Source: Streptococcus rubneri (GTDB taxonomy: Bacteria; Bacillota; Bacilli; Lactobacillales; Streptococcaceae). From it: a DNA stretch of 32,000 nt. A program made the position numbers and the translations under genes. Under the pieces are notes generated by a model. The model had not been told where the DNA came from, ran no database searches, and was given only the letters and a program-made list of their open reading frames with translations. Of this stretch, positions 16,937 through 32,000 are shown piece by piece (positions within the stretch are counted from its first letter, which is position 1; each line of letters opens with the position of its first letter). Where the stretch lies: positions 1,504,753-1,536,752 of the forward strand of contig NZ_SRRP01000001.1 of the NCBI RefSeq assembly GCF_004785935.1, in the 5' to 3' direction.

Positions 16937-19366
16937 CTAGTCAATCGTGAAGTTAAGCTGACCAGACTTGACACCTACCTTGAGGGTTTGCCCTTCAGCC
17001 ACTTCTCCTCTCAAGAGGATCTCTGCCAAATGGTCTTCCACTTGGGTCTGGATGATCCGGCGCAAAGGACGTGCTCCCATCTCTGGATCATATCCGTGAG
17101 TTGCCAACCATTTAAGGGCAGACGCTTGAAATTTCAGAGCAATGCCCTTCTCTGCTAGAGATTGAACCAGCGGTTTCACCATAATCTTGACAATCTCATG
17201 CATTTGGTCACTGGTCAAGCTATGGAAGACAACCTTCTCATCAATCCGGTTGATAAACTCTGGGCGATAGGTCTTCTTCAATTCTTCGAAGATGCGTTTT
17301 TCCATATTGGCTTGGTCAAAGCGAATATCCTTGGCTCCAAAACCAACTGTCTTATCATCTCGTAAAGCGGTAGCTCCCAAGTTTGAGGTCATGATAATAA
17401 TCGTATTGGAGAAATCTACCTTGCGTCCCTTGCTATCAGTTAAGACCCCATCATCCAGAACTTGCAAGAGAACGTTAAAGATATCCGGATGGGCTTTTTC
17501 CACCTCATCAAACAAGAGGACTGAGTAAGGTTTGTTGCGGACTTTTTCCGTCAACTCGCCCCCTTCTTCATAACCGACATAGCCTGGAGGAGCTCCGTTG
17601 AGACGACTGGCCGCAAATTTCTCCATGTATTCACTCATATCAAAGCGGATCAAAGCAGACTCATCATCAAAGAGGACCTCTGCAAGGGCCTTGGCTAGCT
17701 CGGTTTTCCCGACCCCAGTCGGACCGAGAAAGAGGAAGGAACCAATTGGCCGTTTGTGAGACCGGATTCCCGACTGATTGCGGCGAATCGCTCGGCTGAT
17801 ACTTGAGACAGCCTGATCCTGACCAATCACGCGCTTATGAAGTTCTGCTTCCAATTCAAGGTATTTCTTAGCCGCTGTTTGGGTTAGTTTCTCCACAGGA
17901 ATGCCTGACAATTGACTGAGCGTCTTCAGGATATCCTCTTCCTTGACTTCTAGCTGGTAGCCTTTCGGACTAGCGTCTTCTTTTAGCAACTGAGCAACTT
18001 TTTTCCACTGCCCCTTGAGCAAGGCTTGATCAGCAGCTGTCAAATCGGACTGAAGCCCCGCTTGAGGCCCCTTGTTTTGCACGGTTGCTGCCGCCTCATC
18101 CAAGAGGTCAATGGCCGAATCAGGCAAGAGGCGACTGGTCAAATAACGATTGGCAAAGACAACAGCTGTCTCAATAGCTGCATCCGTAATATGGACGCGG
18201 TGGTGACGCTCATAGGTCTTCTTGAGCCCTTGCAAAATCGCGATGCTATCTGTAACAGAGGGTTGCTCAATCAAGACCTTAGCAAAGCGGCGTGAAAGAG
18301 CAGCGTCTTTTTCAATGTGTTTTTGGTATTCTTCTTGCGTAGTGGCTCCTACGGTCCGTAGAGTTCCGCGAGCTAAGGCCGGCTTCAAGATATTGGCCGC
18401 ATCCAAGGTAGAGTCAATCCCAGAGCCAGACCCCATAATGGTATGGAGCTCATCAATAAAGAGAATGACATGACCATCTTCTTCGATATCATTGATGATG
18501 TTGTTCATCCGCTCTTCAAAATCTCCACGGAACCGCGTCCCTGCGACAACATTCATCAAGTCCAATTCTAGGACCCGCATTTTAGCTAGTTCCGTTGGAA
18601 CATCGCCGCTGGCAATCCGTTGGGCCAAGCCCAAGGCTAGAGCGGTCTTTCCGACACCGGCATCACCGACAAGGACTGGGTTGTTTTTCGTTTTGCGGCT
18701 CAAAATCTGAATCATCCGCGAGATTTCTTGACCCCGGCCAATCACCGGTTCCAAACTGCCATTGCGAGCCATTTCTGTCAGATCTCGGGTGTAGTCTTCC
18801 AAACCACCGCTGGTAGAGGCTGGCATGCCCATCATATTTCCCATGGTTTGACGATTTGGTTGCTGGGCACGATAGAGCGAACGGATAGCTTTCACAGCTT
18901 CCTTGTCCCAACCTGCTCGTTGTTCCAAGCTCTTACGAAGCTCGACGATTTTAATGCCCTCTTCCTGATCATCATAGCGGAAGCCAACATACTCCAATAC
19001 TTGAGAAGCCAAGGTTCCCCGCTCTAGTAAGAGCGCCAAGAGGACATGCTCCGTTCCAAGACTTTTGGCATGGACTGCTTGAGCAATCTCTTGCGCACGA
19101 TTCATGATTTCTTCGACACGGAAAGAAAAAGGGAAGACATCATAGCGCCCCTCTTCTTGATACAGTTGCCCTGTAATATGTTCCGCTGCATCTTGAAACT
19201 CATCAATTTGTAGTGGATAGTCGCTTAAGACGGAACCAGCTACACTGTATGGATTATTGCCCAAAGCGACTAAGATATGCCAAGTATCGAGTGTCTGGCC
19301 TGTAAAATGGCCTGCTAAGACTTGTGCAGCTTCAATACTTTCTAATAGGGCTTTTGAATAGTTCAT
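16937..19366 (-). CDS. clpC: ATP-dependent Clp protease ATP-binding subunit ClpC
   Basis: The ORF-track start 19393 is TTG. I prefer ATG 19366 (MNYSKALLESIEAAQVLAGHF...), matching the pneumococcal ClpC N-terminus as I recall it (809 aa). There are two AAA+ modules with Walker A GDAGVGKT and GPTGVGKT. It lies directly downstream of ctsR (7-nt gap). Confidence 0.95.
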   Translation of the reverse strand: MNYSKALLESIEAAQVLAGHFTGQTLDTWHILVALGNNPYSVAGSVLSDYPLQIDEFQDAAEHITGQLYQEEGRYDVFPFSFRVEEIMNRAQEIAQAVHAKSLGTEHVLLALLLERGTLASQVLEYVGFRYDDQEEGIKIVELRKSLEQRAGWDKEAVKAIRSLYRAQQPNRQTMGNMMGMPASTSGGLEDYTRDLTEMARNGSLEPVIGRGQEISRMIQILSRKTKNNPVLVGDAGVGKTALALGLAQRIASGDVPTELAKMRVLELDLMNVVAGTRFRGDFEERMNNIINDIEEDGHVILFIDELHTIMGSGSGIDSTLDAANILKPALARGTLRTVGATTQEEYQKHIEKDAALSRRFAKVLIEQPSVTDSIAILQGLKKTYERHHRVHITDAAIETAVVFANRYLTSRLLPDSAIDLLDEAAATVQNKGPQAGLQSDLTAADQALLKGQWKKVAQLLKEDASPKGYQLEVKEEDILKTLSQLSGIPVEKLTQTAAKKYLELEAELHKRVIGQDQAVSSISRAIRRNQSGIRSHKRPIGSFLFLGPTGVGKTELAKALAEVLFDDESALIRFDMSEYMEKFAASRLNGAPPGYVGYEEGGELTEKVRNKPYSVLLFDEVEKAHPDIFNVLLQVLDDGVLTDSKGRKVDFSNTIIIMTSNLGATALRDDKTVGFGAKDIRFDQANMEKRIFEELKKTYRPEFINRIDEKVVFHSLTSDQMHEIVKIMVKPLVQSLAEKGIALKFQASALKWLATHGYDPEMGARPLRRIIQTQVEDHLAEILLRGEVAEGQTLKVGVKSGQLNFTID

Positions 19367-19373
19367 CAGAAAA

Positions 19374-19832
19374 TTATAGTCCCTTTCTATCAACTTGTTG
19401 GATGATCTTTTGGACGATGCTAGATCGAATGCGATCAGCTTCCATTCCTAGAACTTCATCTGTTGCCGTCACAAAAAGAAGTTCAATCTCTCTTTGAGTT
19501 AAGAGTTTTTGTTCATAGAGCATTTGCAACAGATCCCAAAAAATCGTCTGACTAATGTGCTCTCCAATACTGTCACGAAGTTCTTTCAGCATTTGATGTT
19601 GGTCTGAAAATTGAACCTTTCCAATGCGGATATAGCCCCCGCCACCTCGTTTACTCTCTACAATATAGCCTCGACTTTCAGTAAAGCGGGTCTTAATGAC
19701 ATAATTAATTTGACTTGGGACAACTTTGAAAACATCAGCTAATTCACTTCGCTTGATCTCTGCAATTCCTGCTTGCGATAGCAAGGCCTTGATATAGGCT
19801 TCAATACTATCAGATGTATTTTTATTTCCCAT
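19374..19832 (-). CDS. ctsR: Class III stress-gene repressor CtsR
   Basis: The ORF-track start 19874 is TTG. I prefer ATG 19832 (MGNKNTSDSIEAYIKALL...), preceded by GGGAAGGGAGAG (152 aa). The conserved CtsR core is FKVVPSQINYVIKTRFTESRGYIVESKRGGGGYIRI. It sits upstream of clpC with a CtsR box in its own promoter. Confidence 0.93.
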   Translation of the reverse strand: MGNKNTSDSIEAYIKALLSQAGIAEIKRSELADVFKVVPSQINYVIKTRFTESRGYIVESKRGGGGYIRIGKVQFSDQHQMLKELRDSIGEHISQTIFWDLLQMLYEQKLLTQREIELLFVTATDEVLGMEADRIRSSIVQKIIQQVDRKGL

Positions 19833-19932
19833 AACTCTCCCTTCCCTTTTCGATGATTGTAATTGGTACTCCAATACCTTTCTGTTGATGTCTTGACTTG
19901 GAAAAGTCGGACGACAAACCTATTTTCTCAAG

Positions 19933-19955
19933 ATTGACCTTATTTGACTATTATA
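19933..19955 (-). promoter_or_regulatory. CtsR operator overlapping the ctsR -10 box
   Basis: The minus strand reads TATAAT-AGTCAAA-TAA-GGTCAAT (19955..19933), fitting the CtsR tandem heptad consensus (A/G)GTCAAA-NAN-(A/G)GTCAAA directly abutting TATAAT. Confidence 0.8.
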
Positions 19956-20035
19956 CAATTTTTATGACGGTAAATAAAGCAATTACACTATTGAACTGTT
20001 AGAGAAGACGAGGATTGTCAATGAAAGAGGGAAAA

Positions 20036-20070
20036 AGCCTCAAAAAAGAGGCTGGGATATCCCAACCTCT
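20036..20070 (-). terminator. Rho-independent terminator of the fucosidase gene (end of glycosidase island)
   Basis: The minus strand reads AGAGGTTGGGA-ta-TCCCAGCCTCT (11-bp stem, one G-U pair) followed by TTTTTT, 16 nt after the stop at 20086. Confidence 0.85.
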
Positions 20071-23000
20071 TGTGAGAAGAATCAACTACTCTTTCCGACG
20101 AGCGAATTTCACTCTTCCGCCTAAGAGACCTAAACTAAGAACTCCTAGCCACGCAATCATGCCACTTTCTTTTGTACCAGTTTGAGGCAGTTTACCTTCC
20201 GCTTGTAGAGAAGGACTTTCACCCTCTTCTTCTACTGGATGCTCGGCAGTCAAAGCAGGAGTTGTTTCCGGAGTCGTCTCTTTCAGAAGAACCGGAGTTT
20301 CTTTCTCTTTTTTATCTTCTATTGGCGAAAGAGGGGCCTGCACTTGCAAGTCTTTGCTTGAAGTTGCAGGGATTATTGAAGTCGGCAGATCAGGTGTCAC
20401 AGGTCTTTCTTCTACCTCACCTGTTCCGACTTCTGTAATTTGGTCCTGGGCTTCCACTTCGACAAAGGCATCGACTTCTGTCCGAATTTCTTTGCCTTCT
20501 TCTTGTCGAACCTCGATCAACTTCAATTTACGACCTACTTGCCCTGCTTGAAGGATCCGGCTTTCCCCCTTAGCTAAGTCCTTGTTCTCACGCGTTTGAA
20601 GATTGAATGGAATCTCCTCTGCTTCTATGAGAAGCTCTGGCTTTTCAAGAATCAAGTCCCGAACACCTTCGTCTGGACGTGTTTGTGTTAATGGTTCATA
20701 ATTTTGAACATTTTCTAAGATGGTTTCAAGGGCTTCCACTTGATTCGCTGCAGCAACCAAATCTGGTTGCTCTTGATTCAACAACTGAGTCAACTGAGTC
20801 AATTGATGTTGAATAGTCGGTTTGAGGTCTGCTTTCAAGCGATCGAGAGAAGTAGCCTTGATCTTTTCTACTCCTTCTTTGATAATCTGTTGTAACTCTT
20901 CTTGACTGAGCAACTGACTATCTTTTCCTGATAGGACAAACCGGTCTACCTGGATGGCTCTAGATGACTGAGGATCATTGAGGGCTGGATCTAGGTGCAA
21001 GCGTAGCTGGTGGTATCCTTTTGCTAGACCTTGCAGATTGACCAAACTCTGATCGAGCTTGCGTTGGTCTCCATAGCCACTGAAGTAATGATCGCCTTCA
21101 ATCTCATAATCATGACCACGCCCTTCTTCAAAGGCGATTTCTTTTCCGTCTAGGGTGACGCTGTAGAGACCATGGCTTGGATCAACCACTCCTCGAACCT
21201 CCACACCAGTTCCCTTAAAGGTGATGGTCACATCAATGTGTTTCTTGCCTTCCTCATCGGTCACTTGGTTAAAGCTAGACCAGGATTCTGTTCCATTTGA
21301 GAAGTTTTGATTATCTGTCTCATGATGCCAGCCTTGGCTGTAGTGCAGTTTTGGATCTTGGTCATCCACTTCTTTGCGATTTTCTGGAAGCAGGTCCTCG
21401 TTCATCACTTGGACTGTCAGCTCTGGAATAAAGCCGACCAGACTTCCTTGATCCGGATGCAACAATTTGACCTTAAAGTCATAGACATCTGTCGCCTTGC
21501 CTGCGAAATCAAGGGTTGGGACTTGGACTGTTTTTTCTGTCTCTCCATCTGCAAACTCGAGAGTGACATTGGTATCTTTATAAACCTTGCCATGAACCCC
21601 TGTTCCTGGTTCTGTGATTAATTTAAGACTAGCGCTTCCTTTAGAACCGCCTTTTCTCTTGACGACGACTTGCGCTGGGTCGCCTTTCTTAACGGCTAGG
21701 GTTGGCTGAGCAAACTCAAAGAGACCCTTTTCTTGGTTATTGAGGGCATAAATCCCTTCCGTTGCGATCGCATCTCCCTTGCTATTGACCAAGGTCAAAG
21801 TATGGGCTCCTGCTTTCAAATCCGGTGTTTCATAAACCTTTTGGCTGCGTTTGCGGGTTGGACTTTGGGTATTAACCGTCGCTAGTTTTTGGCCATCGAC
21901 ATAGACATCCATTTCCCCATGACCAGGGTCGACAGTTGCGACGACATAGGCTTTGGTCCCTTCAAAATGGTAGGTTGCAGAAGCTCCCTTTTCCTTGGTC
22001 CACATAGAGGTGCCTCGAACGCCTTCTCCCTCTTCATTCCATTGGCTATTGGCACGGTCAGCAGTCCGGTCAGAATGATAGGCCAAACCAAGCGGATAGC
22101 CATCCGTTTCTTCAATGCTAGCTGGCGTCTTATAGACAGAGACGCCGTTCAAGATTGGAGTGGCTTGGGCATCGGTGATGGACACCCGGAGGTAGCGACT
22201 ATCAACTGGTTGCCCTTTGATCAAACGGCGGTATCCAACGGTTGACCCAGCCCCAAAAGGAACCCATTGCCCATTCACCGCTACATCGATGGTGAAACCG
22301 GAAATCCGTTGGCCTTTCTCGATGGTTTCTTTGAGCTCTACCACATCAAAATGTTGCTCTTTTCCAAGATCGAGGACAAAAGATCCGGTCTTGGCATCAT
22401 CAGCAGGTGCCCAACTGGTCTTCTCATCTCCATCCGTCAAATGGCTGGCTGAGTAATGAGAATTGCGCCGTGTCGAGTCAGCTTCTACCAAAGCGCCCGC
22501 CGCATAGTCCACGCTGTAGAGTTGATCCAAGGTCTGGCGGAATTCTTTCAAACGGGCTACATCGGCATCCGCAAATTTCCCATCTTGATTCGGTGGAATA
22601 TTGAGCAAAAGCGGGGTTCCACGGCCGACCGATTTGAAGTAAATGTCCATCAATTCGCGTAAAGACTTAGGCTCTTGATTGTCATGGTAGAACCAGCCGG
22701 AGCGAATAGAAACATCGGCTTCTCCCACTGAGTATTGCTTCCCTTCCGGATCCCCGTGATTGAGGTAACTGTTGGATGGATTGTTGCGAATCTTATCTGG
22801 ATTGACCTTATGCCAAACTGGATCTCCGGCAATCCCCTTTTCATTTCCGATCCAACGAACATTGGTTGGCTCAGCTGAGAAGATGGCAATATCTCCTTGG
22901 GCCTTACGAATGGCATCAAACCACTTATCAAAGGTATAGGTGACTTTTTGAGCCCCATCGCCACGCGCTCCATCCATCCAGACTTCCACGAACTTGCCCT

Positions 23001-23604
23001 TGTTTCCATATTTTGGATTTTCAAGAATTTCTTTGAGCTGGTTGAGATAGTATTCGTTGTATTGGTCCTCTGTATCCACATGGTAGAGCGGGCTGTGAGC
23101 ATCCCAAGGGGAGAGGTAGACCCCCATATCCATGTCATACTTGCTGGCAGAAGCAGAAACCTCGGCTAGGATATCGCCTTTCCCTTCCTTCCAACCGCTT
23201 TTAGCAATGGTATGGTCGGTGTATTTGGATGGGTACAAGAGGAAGCCATCGTGGTGCTTGACGACCATGATGGTTCGTTTGAAGCCCGCGTCTTTCAGGG
23301 TTTTGATCCACTGATCGGTATCCAGATGCTCTGGATAGAAATAATAAGGGTCTTCTTGCCCATCTCCCCACTCACGATCGTAGTAAGTATTCATCCCAAA
23401 GTGGATGAAAGCTGCTAGTTCTTCGCGGTGGTATTGCATCTGAGCCTTGCTTGGAAGTGGTCCATAATCCGCAATCTCAGGCTCCTCATCTAGAGAAGTG
23501 GCTGGTTGGCTTGCTTCTGTCCCTTGGCTAACTGCGCGATTTTCTTTCTCACTAGTAGCTGATGAGGACTGTTCTGATTCTTCTTGGTGCTCGTTCACAG
23601 TTTT

Positions 23605-28945
<5,341 letters not shown>

Positions 28946-31900
28946 TGCTTTTGCTATGAGTGAGATTTGATATACTTTTTCGAGCTTGCCATCTTCTGAT
29001 ACAACCTTGACAAGAGCAGGTGTATCAGAACCTTTAGCATCAACAACTGTAACAGCTGCCCCATTCTTACCTTGTGCTGAAACTATTGGACGTTCTCCCT
29101 CATACTCTAGATGATAATCCGTCACATCTGGGTTGAACCCTTCCAAGTCTTTGCCATTTACTTGGATAGAGACATCTGTCGTTGCATTAGCTTCTTCCGT
29201 TGGTGCATAGGCACTCAGTTCAATAATTCCAATCCCTTTTAGATTCTCATTTCGAACCATTCTTAAGCGGATGGCTTTGGTTCTGGTTTCATTGAAGCTA
29301 AGGTTGGAGATATAACCAGGTTCAAAGTCATAATCCAAGCTGTAAGGAATTTCTTCCCAGTTAGAGGCTTGGTTAAATGGATGATCTGGAAGGTTTTTTA
29401 GATTGCCATAATCATCCGGAACATCAAAGTCTGGTCCAATGTAGCGTTCAAGAACCGTCTTGGTTGGCAGACCTGTTTCCTGATCTGCAAAGAAGTCGAC
29501 TGCTACTTTATTGACTAAGCGCTCTGTTACTTGACCATTTTTCTTAAAGATGAGACCGGCAAACACTTCTGTTTGATCTGGTTCTCTCTTCCAGTTGGTC
29601 CAACGATAGTACTCGTTGTAGCCACCATCATTGATGTAATCGATATAGTCGATTTGATTTGGATCGAGATCGTTGGTTTCACTGGCAAATGCTCTGGTAT
29701 CCTCTCCATTATAGTTCGGATTCACAGATAGATTTTCCCCTGTTTTCTCTGAAACTCGAACCGTTAATTGAGCGGTGAGATCATAGCCAATGACTTTGCC
29801 TTGTAAGGTAAAGGTCCCTTCATGAGAAAGAGCATCTGCTGGTACAGCTTGCCAGTTCACCGTCAGTTCCTTGCGTTCATAGCCTGTAGCCCCTTTGAAG
29901 TAGACGCCTACGGTAGATGGTAAAACTAGATTTTGACCAACCTTCACAAAACGGCTACCTGCTTCCACTGCTACTGGAGCAGATTGTTTCAGTTTTTCTG
30001 CATCGCTTGTGAGATGGAGGCGGTATTCTTGTAAGATGGTGCCATCTTCTGCTTTGTGGATGACGCGGATTGGCTCACCTTCGTGGACGCTTGGAACCAC
30101 TGTTGCGAGGCCGTGTTGACTAGCGCTTGCATCCACTTGTGGACCACGCCCATCGATATAATAATCAGTCACACTTGGATTGATACCTGGTAAGACTTGG
30201 TTATTGACACGAATGGTTAATTGACTCTTGGATTCTGCTGCTACTTTCTTAGCAAAAATTTGCATTTCTGAAATAGAGCTTCCACGCTTGTCTTCTGGAG
30301 TCTTCATACGAATCCGAACTGCGTAAGTGTCTACCTTGTCAAAGGCAAAATGATTCATCTTTCCAGCTGTTACAGGTTCTTCAACGGTTAAGTGGCTCAC
30401 TTCTTTCCAGTTAGCTGGGTTGTTAAATGGATGGTCTGTTTCGTCTTTGACGCGATTTGGATTGCTTGGTACTGCTGGGATTTGCTCACCCACATAGTAT
30501 TCAATCACATACTCACTAGGAGCACCGACTCCATGGTCTTCATGGAAACCAACGTGGAGATTATCCACAGCACGCTTGGTCAAGATACCAGAATCCCCAA
30601 ACAAGATTCCGACTGAATCTTCGGCATTGTTGCGACCCCAGTTGGTCCAACGGTTGGCAGGAGCATCTGTAAAGGAAATCACTTTATCATTGACCTTAGC
30701 AACCGGGTCTGCATCATTGGAATCACTTGCAAAGGCTAATGGTAAGACAGAACCTGTCCATTGTTCTGCTACATTTGCACCTTGAACGGTATCTTGAGAA
30801 ACACGAACATGCAAACGAGTTGGCAGGTCTGTTCCTTCCACTTTCCCAGCTAGAACAAATTCCCCTTCTTGGGCAAATTGTTGTGGATTAACTTGATCCC
30901 AAACGACTTTTGCTGCGAAGGACTTCCCGTTAGAGTGATACGCACGAACACTTTCTGGAAGCGCTGGCCGCTCTCCGACAGGCGTCGTCACGCTCACCTC
31001 TTCCACTGCAATAATGCCTTCTACAGTTACTTTTGCCTCAGCTTTTTGGTCGATTCCTTCAATGTGGCCTTTGACGGTAAAGGTATGGTAACGACCCACT
31101 TGATCCGCTGACACTGGCTCCCAAGTCACTGGTTTTTCTTTAGGGAATCCCTTGTCATATTCCACTAAAGCTGTTTCTGGAAGAGTTGGCAATACAGCTC
31201 GATCTGTGCTCACACGTACTGGACGAACTTTTACGACTGATTTTTCTTCTTGGTTTGGAGCAATCGTAAAGTCTACATGCCCTGTTTGTCCTTGATAGTG
31301 AGCTTCAAGGCGGACTGCACCTGGCTCTCTCAGCTCAAGACCATTTTTTGTTACTACAGCCTTCCCTTGGCTACCAGAGGCTGTCGCAATATCAATTTGA
31401 TCTGCTTTTAGATAAGCCTTGCTACCGTCTTGGTAATGAGCTACGACTTCCAAAGGAAGTGTTTGATCTTCCTTGAAGTCCTGGCCTTCTGGCAAGCGCA
31501 ATTCTACTTTTTGAACTTTTGGACTTTCTTCTTGGAATTGAACAGCATAGGTCTGCACAGCTCCAGTATCTTTAGCCGTCACAAAAATCTGAGCCTTCAA
31601 GCCATTTTCACGATTGGCTTGAATCACTGTTACTTCGCCATTTTCAGCTGTCGCAGTTACCAGACCCGGCTCCTGACCATAGGGAAGTGGACGGAAGATA
31701 GTCCGGTTGCCACTACCAAATTTAGGAAGTTCTTGGCCATCCAGATGAACTTTTGGTTTTTTCACTTTTGAAGCTTCACTACCTGCGACAACAAGAGTTG
31801 CTTCAACAATCTCTCCATTTCCTAACTGACCGGTTGCTTTCAAGCGGGCTCCTGGAGTCTCTAGATCAGCTTCTTGGCCTGCTTCTAAGGTCCATTGGTC

Positions 31901-32000
31901 GACTTCATAGCTGGCAGTTTGGCCATCTGTGAAGACCAATTGAACGGATTTGTCCACAGTGGATAGATCCGCTCCCTGAGGGATTTGTTTGATGACAGGA

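Noticed and set aside
22650-23138. 162-aa minus-strand ORF in an alternative frame inside the fucosidase gene. Other long shadow ORFs fall in the same class, e.g. 1203-1625, 8416-8736, 12988-13374, 21889-22245 and 26756-27178.
   Set aside because: These are out-of-frame or antisense overlaps with long, motif-supported genes. None has independent start signals.

Overview
This 32-kb chromosomal window reads like a mitis-group Streptococcus (S. oralis/S. mitis-like). That is my inference from NanA-, ClpC-, DapH-like proteins, BOX-like repeats and a CiaR-type csRNA; no database search was possible. I call 22 protein genes, 20 of them on the minus strand, and coding density is high.

Left to right:
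- A lysine/DAP pair: a deacetylase cut by the left edge, and dapH.
- An operon of four diverged paralogous single-pass membrane proteins of unknown function (2075-5486).
- pgi, then a ~400-bp BOX-like structured repeat.
- The small SRP RNA, tadA, a cia-dependent small RNA (csRNA) with a textbook CiaR box, and purA.
- Divergent hslO-dus, the only plus-strand genes.
- A second BOX-like element, bracketed by a duplicated hairpin.
- A nadR-pnuC-nrtR NAD-salvage operon with a palindromic operator candidate.
- An orphan lipoprotein.
- A ctsR-clpC operon that continues without a terminator into an ECF S-component-like gene and a DUF4430-like lipoprotein.
- A surface-glycosidase island of three giant LPXTG proteins: a GH29 fucosidase, a 1431-aa NanA-type sialidase, and a >=1231-codon multidomain protein cut by the right edge.

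The two observations I rate highest:
- nanA is bracketed by ~0.93-kb direct repeats, each made of a tail of one gene, a leader and a head of the next, which gives the island a cassette architecture.
- The four-paralogue membrane-protein operon has no assignable function.

Several ORF-track starts are TTG/GTG extensions, and I re-assigned them. No CRISPR array, rRNA, tRNA, transposase or prophage gene was seen.
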